DNA from: Botryllus schlosseri
Lineage: Eukaryota
NCBI GenBank assembly: GCA_051294905.1
Contig: CM119372.1
Span: 33,358,001-33,422,000 of the forward strand
Direction of reading: 5' to 3'
DNA: 64,000 nt
The translations under genes were made by a program, and so were the position numbers. A model generated the notes under the pieces. That model saw only the letters and a list, made by a program, of their open reading frames with translations. It had not been told where the DNA came from and searched no databases. Positions within the stretch are counted from its first letter, which is position 1. The number at the start of each line of letters is the position of its first letter. Below, in pieces: positions 49,713 to 58,700 of the stretch.

Positions 49713-52700
49713 TCACAGCCTTTTTCGAAATTTCATCTCAGTGAAGCGCAGGTTTCTTTTGTTCCAACCATTATCGGCATCACGCCAAACAATTCCCCTC
49801 CAATCCGACTTTTTAAAATTCCCATTAAGATTACTGTGGTAACACCCGACATACCACCAAGCTCCCTCATGAGCAGATGCACAATTACTGGAACTAGTAT
49901 CATGATCAGCGTCTATGGTTGTAAATGGTCGATTGTTATGATATGCGAGGCAGTCGGTTGCGTTTCCTGAGTATCCGCTCACTGTCAGTCTGTAGTTGTC
50001 CGTCGATGGACCGATTTGGAAATTGCTGGGTTAAAGAATAAAATGTTGAACACTATTACAGATGAAAATGATATGTTGGCTACATGTTTTCCATTTGGAT
50101 AACTTATCATCAGTCCAAGTTGATACGGCTAGGAACTGGATCGCGTTACTTACTCTCTGCGAGTCAGCATATTTTGTCGGAGATTTGCATGATGTCGATA
50201 TGAAGCCTCTTTAATCATACGGCTTCGGCCCGAAGTTCATTTTAGTCTCATAGAAGACATATCGTCAGTTGTCGTCAACTATATCATTGCACAGCGATGT
50301 TTTAGCGCTATAGATCTGTCTGTGATTACATGGAGCGGTTATTTATCGATAACAGTGGTTATTAACCTTGGATCCAGCGGTCTAAGGGTGATTTAGATTT
50401 GGAAGGGGTCAGAAACACTCAGTGGGCGTTATGGGGCCGCTGATAATGGAAACATATGATAATTCTATAGTACAGTGGTCGGGAATCTTTTTTGTCAGAA
50501 GAGCCATATTGGTTCTATTTTTTCCATCTCAACTCCCAAAGAGCCACACTTTCCGATCAACTGTTACGTCACAATTGGAAATTCGTGACGTCATGGTAGC
50601 ACTAATTCGAACTCACCACAAGGGATTACTCGTGTGCGCCATATTTTCTCTTTAAAAAATTGTTTTTATTGTTCGAAAATAAGCTCGAAACGAAAGGTAA
50701 GACGCAGACGGGCCAAGCCTCACCAATGATTACGCAATTCATCGTAAGTAGCTTAGAATTTATCATAACTGATATTAATGTGACTGTCACACTGATTCCG
50801 AAAATCTAAATACTTATCGAATTCTCAATTCTCGAAGTATTCGGCGGTAATATAACGTTGCGCTACACGCATAAATTTTATCGCCGGTACTACACAGAAG
50901 GTGGAGAACGTGGAAAGCTCTGGCGTTGTATGTAATTCGAGTTTATAATTGTGAATGTCACATCCACAACAGTTCATTTCGCGCCGTAGATCAGGAAGAC
51001 AATGTGAATGTGAAAACTGAGTCTTGAAATGAGCGTCGCCATGCGTGATATGTTCTTTGATTCAACGCATCGCACAATTCAAGATTTCGATTCCGATACA
51101 TCGCCAGGAGGTTCGAGTCACCAGCCATTTAGAGGGCGTGGGTTCGAATCCCATCGCTGCCATCACGCCAGGATACGGAGCATATGTACTCCCTGTAGCA
51201 CAACGAAACGATGTCGACACACGATAAACGTTTGTTATTGAAGAGACATCGTAACAGCACGGGTATAGTCGTTTTATTAGGCAATTGCCCTTATTGGGCA
51301 TTGCCCTTTCCGTGGAAAAGGAGTTGGAAGCAGGCCGATCAAGAGCAGCCTGGAAAGCTATCGGTGAATTAGTTGGCTTCAAGAGGACCCGCGTGAAGGC
51401 CTGTACGGAAGACCTCGCAGCACACTTCGAGACCCTGTTATCTACACCTGCACCGGACATCGATGTGCTCGTTGCACCGCCTTCACTAGCAGCAAATCCT
51501 CTAGCGATCAATACAACCCTGATCACGCTTGGTGAGCTCAAGACAGCCATGAGTGGAGTACCACAATTCAAGGCCACCGGCACGGACGGCATCCCAACGG
51601 CTGCTTACACCTCGGGCGTTGCACCTGTGCTCCTCGACGTCATGAATGGCGTCCTCGAAGGCGGCCCGGTGCCCCCCGAGTGGCTCGAGAGCGAAATCGT
51701 CCCTATCTACAAGAAAGGCGCTGCGAGTGACCCAGCGAACTACAGAGGCATCTCCCTGATGCAGACCGCTGCCAAGCTGTTCGACCGAGTACTGCTCCTT
51801 CGCATACGTCAGCAACTCTCTACCAAGCTCCTGAATGCTCAGAATGGATTTCGACCATCCCGCGGTACAACAGAGCACATCCTGGCACTGCGCACAATCA
51901 TTGACACCTGCCGCTCACACAAAAAGAATGTTGTGGCCGTTTTCGTTGATTTCGCGAAAGCCTTCGACTCGGTCTCGCGCCCAGCCATGGCGGAGATCCT
52001 CAGATTCTATGGAATTCCTGAGGTGATAACGTACGCCATTATGGCCCTCTACACTGACACACGAGCGCGAGTCCGAACAGATGACGGCCCAAGCGGAGAT
52101 TTCAACACTTCGGCTGCTGTGCTTCAAGGTGACACCCTGGCACCATTCTTGTTTGTGGTCATCCTTGACTTCGTGCTGCGAACGGCCTTCCCGGATACTA
52201 CGAACTTCTTCGAATGGCGGCCACGGCAAGGAACGCGCACGCGTACGACTCGCGAGGCAATCCACGTAGGTGTTCTTGCCTACGCAGACGACCTAGCCCT
52301 GCTTGCCCCGAACACCGCATCGGCACAGCGTCTCATAAACCAGCTAGAGGCCGCCGCCGCTCTTGTTGGCCTCCAGATCAACGCTAAGAAGACTGAGGTT
52401 CTGGCCATACCAGCTCTACCGGCGAACGCGACACCAATTCAACTGGGAGATATCGATCTCAAGTATGTAACGAGTTTTGTATACCTCGGTATTGACGTCG
52501 CTGACTCTGGAAAAGCGCTCAAGGCGAGGCGAGCAAAGGCCTGGGGCGCGGCAAGACGGCTACATAGCCTCTTCCACTCAAGTGCCTCAACCCAGCTCAA
52601 GACCCGCATCTTCCGTGCCACTGTCGAGCAGGTTCTTCTCTACGGAATAGAAGCACTCACGCTGACAGAAAAGCTGGCTAAGACACTCAACGCCAACTAC

Positions 52701-55700
52701 GATGCACTCCTCCGCTACGCACTCGGCATCCACCACCCGGAGCACATATCCACCAATGCTCTGCGCAAACTCACAAAAACAGTCCCATGCCGTTTGCTGG
52801 CTGCCGAACGACGCTTACGCTTAATCGGTCATCTAGTGCGGCATCAAGACGATCAACCAGCCGCCGCCATCATCAACCACATTCCGACGGAGCCATGGCG
52901 CAGAGGTGGCTGGAATAGAACCACATGGCGCTCAACAATAGAGACCGAGCTAGCGCAATGCGGGCTATCGCTCGAAGACGCCCACGACCGCCCACGATGG
53001 AGGCGCTTAATAAGGGCCGAAAACTCATTATCTTGATGTTCGTTTGTTTCCTGTTTTCTTTTGCCCTTTTATTTAATTGAAAGACGATATATATATATAT
53101 TAGGCAACTAAATAAACGGTGCAATCAGAGAACTAATCAATAGTCTGCCAATTAACAGGAGCCGAGGTTCGGCTCCAGTATAACACAAAAAAACTGGCGC
53201 ATAGAATTCGCGACTGATATTGGCCGCCGGCGTGACAGTAACTTAAATTTGATTATTTTGAAGAGAGGGGGCCCTAGCCCCTAAACCTGAAGAGGGCATA
53301 TTCTTGCTGCAATATTGATCAATTCAGTACAAAAATAAATGTATGGCAAAGAGCCATATCTTATACCCAATAAAGCCATATATGAGTCGCGAGCCATAGG
53401 TTCCCGACCACTGCTGTAGTAAAACAATAGTTGAATAGTAGTATAAATTCACGTTGCAAATTTAAATTGGATAAACTTTGTCAAATCTAGAACCTTTTCG
53501 TCGCACTTGGCGCGAAATATAGCGTCGACGTGTACACCGTGTTTCCATACATGCAGTGGTTGTTATTATAATTCGCATAAAATGAAAGTTGCGTGCATCA
53601 TGCGCCTGATTTTAGATCGTAAATTCTCCCTGAGCACACTTCCGTCACGCTAGCAGTATTGGACAACTAGAAAATTTTAAGCTTTTCCGAATTATATTAA
53701 AATTAGATCTACACAGAATTTTCCAAATTAGATTAGAATTAGAACTACTGAACGGGAACGGGACCCCCATAACGAAGGCCTCGTAGCGATGTGTCGGGAG
53801 GAAAACATCATATTTCGATGGATTGCTCATTTAACTGAGCAAAATGTGAAGTATGAAAATGGACAGTTGGGATTTCAATATCAAGGGCTAAAACTTCTTA
53901 TGTTGGTATACCTGTTATTGATGACTCTCAGTCTCTATTTTACAGCTAAATCATAGGAATTTGAGTGCAATATAGGATCTGGGTATTTCTGTTTTATTTT
54001 AAGGTCCAAATCTGGGTTTTTCCAAATTATCTCGGTGGCATCTCTGCTTGGCACTGGATTTCCCTGTGCGAGAGGGTTATTCTTGTTAACTCGCTGCAAA
54101 ATGCGTCGAACAAAGAGGCATTTTCAGGAAACCAATAAATTAGATTAAAACTAACATTAGAGCATAGAGAATTTCACAAATTAAATTTGTATTTGAATTA
54201 GAGCATATAGGAACATTTCACAAATAAGATTAGAATTAGAATTAGCGCACTGAAAGATTGCACAAATTAGATTAAAATTAGATAACTGGCATCTCGCTTA
54301 GACAACTTGAATTATCTGGTTGTCCAGGTCTGTGCGCTAGATTGTGTTTGACAAAAATGTTTCGAACTAGATGTTGCACCACGCAGCGCGCAACGTGTCT
54401 AAATCTGAGAAAGAGTCACGGTACAAATTTTAATCGCGTGCTGAGCCCTTAGAAGTGTTTTTGTCGAAATAATGCAGCTGTACTATCCTAGTATTGTAGA
54501 GCTACAAAGGAAATCGTCAGTATATTTCATCATCGTACCACATTGGATGATGATGTTGGTGCTGTAAGCTACAACCTCTCATGTACGTTGTACAATATGA
54601 GGTATTTTGGCTAATTAAATTCAATGTGAGCATTGGTGCACATTCTCTGGTCCTACTCCGATCCTGTTTTAAAAGCCCTGATCCGATTTCAGTCCGACTC
54701 CTCTGCCGGATTCTAGAAATGACCATCATCCGGACCGACAAACTCCGATAATAATTATCTACTCACACAATGGTATTGAATATTGATTCAAACAATGCAA
54801 ACGTAAAATGAAAAACTCAAAGATCAAGCCCAACCATTTTCTGAAGTAATTATGACAACTTGGACTTAGCATGTGGTTTACTTCCTTGAACTTTTCACTT
54901 TAACTATTGCTTCGAGGGTGGAAGAGGGTAAGGCTGTCCTGTTATTGGTAAAAAGTACTGATCCGTCGCCGAACCGGCTTCGGTCCATGCCCCGCTCTAG
55001 TGAGCATCGGTTCAAACCACAATGTCAGTTGATTTACTAGTCGTACAAAGCAATCACACAACGAGCATACCATCAACTATCAACCAATCGCAGAAATGGT
55101 TTCGGGATGTGTACATTGGGATCGAACAGCGATGAGCAGATATTGATTTCTGAGAATCCGAATCCGTCCGACAGCTCGAGTCTCTGACGAACTATCAGTC
55201 CGAATCCGAACACACCCAACCAAGAATCCACGCGAATTTGAATAATTCCGTCCGGAACCGAATCGAATAACTTTACCGAAGAATCCTAATTGGACATCTG
55301 AGCAGAGTAGTCTTTACAAATGCTAAGGTTAGAGTTAACTGATTTACATTTGCTTGGACCTTCGACAGAACAGCTTGTGAGTGCCACCAGTCCTATCAGA
55401 ACGTCTTTACTGTCCGTGTTTGGTCTTTGAGCGGACGATTTTTTCTTTTGACTTGAAATCAAACGTCACTCCTGATCAAAATTATCCAAAATATCCGAAG
55501 CAAAAGTTACAACTATCCGAAAATATCCGAAAAAAATCTGCAATAGAAGCCGAATCCGATCCGACTGTCTCAAAATGTAGCGAAATCCGGTCTGAACGCT
55601 ATCCGAGTCCGTCCGATGCTCATCACTGGGATCGAGCCGGATAAGCATCATCGCATACCCGATGGTAGTTATAAAAACCTTGATGTTATCCCGAATATTG

Positions 55701-58700
55701 CACATACAATTATTAGATCGTTAATTAGTCGATTAGTCATTGTGCGCCAGTGTTGGGATGACTCGAGTCATGACTTGACTCGAGTCAGACTCGAGTCACC
55801 TTTTTCGTATGACTTGACTTGACTCGAGTCAATTTGCTAAAATGACTTGAATTGACTTGACTCGGCGTATCAAAAATGTGGATTGACTCGTGACTCGGAG
55901 CAAAATTCACGAGTCAATTTCAAGTCATCAAGTAATCGGTGTCGATAAAAATCATTGTATCTTGCATATGGTCGTATTGCTCGCGAAACGCTCGTGTAAC
56001 CCGCGAAAGCGACTAATCATTCAATGATCTTGCGTTTCACTGTGCCTTCATTGTTCTTTCTCAAATAAATTAACCGCAAACGAAGTGATCGAAGCTTATA
56101 GCTTACGATGTCGTAAACTAGTATAGTAAAGTAATTTAATAGTAAAATGTATATTTCTGTTTTCTGTTATTACCTTAACCAAACCTCTTGGTTGATTGAA
56201 ATTGAATTCGAATAGAGTTTATATAGTAATCAACCATTGGCGCAGGCTCGAATGTTTGTAAAGTGCATCTTATCAATTCGTTTCTCTATTCTCTATTTTG
56301 GCTGGTAACTATAAACTGAGGCTATGCAATTACTTACGTAGTTTAGCAGTTCTAGGTATATGTGAGCGATACAGCGTCTTCTTGGGTGTATATTTAACTC
56401 TATATTCGTTTATTGGTTCAGAATCAATGACCACTCAATATGTATTTCAGACAGCCAGCAAACTGAAATGACAAAATCATGCCTCATACTTTGAAAAGCC
56501 AACTTGACTTGAATTGTGACTTGACTCGTGACTTGACTTGACTTGACTCGACTTGACTCGAGTCAACTCCAAAAATCGAGTGACTTGACTTGACTCGAGT
56601 CACTTTCGAAAATCGATTGACTTGACTTGACTCGAGTCAAAATGTGCAATGACTCGAAATGACTCGTGACTCGAAGGTAGTGACTTGATCCCAACACTGT
56701 TGTGCGCACAAGCATGAATATTTCCAATAGTAAAATCCGAACCCGAAAAGACAAACCGGACTTCGACGTCTTACCCATCATTTTTAGTACAATCCTTAAA
56801 ATATGGGGACGCCATACCATTTAAATTTCTGAAAAGGGGCGCTGGGGAAGGGGGGAGGTTAAGAACCACTAATTTATAATATAGCAATGGCCCGAATCTA
56901 AGGAAACTAAACCTATGGTAGTGCAGGCTGGTAACTCCGAATCTTCTCGTAATACAAAGATACTGTGCGCAAAATTATCACCATATTTCATAAGTCTCTT
57001 CCACCGGCCGCATGATTTGGACACTGTACAACAGAGGTCTCAAACACGCGGCCCGCGGGCCGCATGCGGCCCGCCAGAGCATTTCGGGCGGCCCGCGACG
57101 ACATTTCAGATTTTCATTAATTTTTCCACATATAAGTGCCACATATATCCTTTCAAGTTGTAAATAGAAAATCACCTTTTAAATTGCTCCGATAGCCTAA
57201 AACTACTCATCAAACTTCACTATCCGCGACCATGCAGTAGAGATTCCCTATTTTGTCACATTTCCAATTCACGATGATAAACCCTGACCCTTAGACGATA
57301 TTCGTTTATAGCACTATACTTAGACGATTGGTGACTAAAATTTGTGAGTTAGACTTGGACGCGACCTTTATTAAAATTACTCAGACTCGGGCTGATTCGA
57401 TGGCCAATCGAAAATGACCGTAGTGGACTCGGATGGACTCTGAAAGCCGTGACCTGGTTAGAACCATGGACGCAACAAACTAGTTGCGTGTCATGGGAAT
57501 AGTAATAGATCAGAAGGTCGCAGCTTAACATTCGCTAACTAACCAAATAGTTATGGCAGCCATTGGCAATCTGTTAGTTATATCTTGGGTCGCTAAACCA
57601 TGTTAATAATGCCACTCAAAGGTATCGAGTATACCCTAGTGGTACGCTCCAACGATGTTGTTCCGCGTTCCGAAATCTCTATAACTATGACACATTCATC
57701 AAGCTATTTATATTGTTATTTTCCGCTCCAATATTCGAAGGTAATTGACCATGAGCTTAATAACCCACTTATCCGGAGTATACCCAAATCCTGGATTGGG
57801 CTGCATTGCTAAACCCCAAATGCTGTGATAGCAGATAAATCTCTATTATCAATCTGTTAAATTCTTAATATTCATAGTAGCTGCAAAATTATAACGTGAT
57901 AGCTTTCAGGATAATAATATATATTTGTCCGCTCACATGGCGTCTATATCTTAGAGTAAATTACATTTTTATGATGAGTGTTGAATGTCAGTCTGTTATA
58001 TTGGCTCACTTTCAATAGGACAATTTCATTCCATCAAATACGGCCTACTTTGAAAGACATTTAATAATAGCCCTGTTGATGCTGCGGCCCGCGGCGTCGT
58101 CAAAACTGGAAAATTGGCCCGCGAGCACATTTGAGTTTGAGACCTCTGCTGTACAATATTACTTGAACACCTAGCAATATGGTTTATTAGCAAACATATA
58201 GAACAGTAGGGTTACCATACGTTATCCTTTTTTAGGAAATTGAAAATGTTCTCCGAATACGCCTAAATGTCCTCATTTTTGGCAATTCGTTCTCCTTCAC
58301 AGCTTTTACAGCTAGGCTAATGGACAGGGTTAACTGAAGATCGGAATAAACGACGCGAAATAGGTAATACCGGCGTTCGAGCGGGTGATTTGAGATAGAC
58401 AGGGTTGCCATACCGTCCTTATTTCTGAGATTTGTCCGTCCTTATTTTCAAAGGCCAGGTCTTAGAAAACTCAACTGTCCTTGTTTCTAAGAAATGCCCT
58501 TCTTTCCGACTTACGTCTTTATTTTGTCTTATTTTTGACAACTACACAACTTCGATCGTTTTCCACTGGTATATTCTAAAATAATGATTTTGCGTCGAGA
58601 GTTTATGCCATCACAAATGAAAATAACTCCCGGCGTGTACACATCACAGGATTTGACTATAATAGTACTAGTGAGATCATAGTGTCGTAAACGGTGTGGA

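Larger units (their letters stand above)
50473..53413. mobile_element. hAT MITE hosting a tRNA retrocopy and an RTE LINE
   Basis: CAGTGGTCGGGAA...TTCCCGACCACTG; TSD CTATAGTA/CTGTAGTA; ends homologous to 41606-42174. Confidence 0.85.

Noticed and set aside
51062..52621. Long antisense and alternative-frame ORFs over the RT, and similar ones over the GPCR and collagen exon
   Set aside because: Expected shadows of GC-rich or repetitive coding sequence; no independent motifs.
51029..53036. Stand-alone RT with an upstream structured RNA, read as a retron, DGR, group II intron or tRNA-primed RT system
   Set aside because: The RT has RTE non-LTR motifs, its own TSD and (TA)n tail, and no start codon of its own. 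The tRNA fragment has a separate TSD ~110 bp upstream, so these are two independent insertions.
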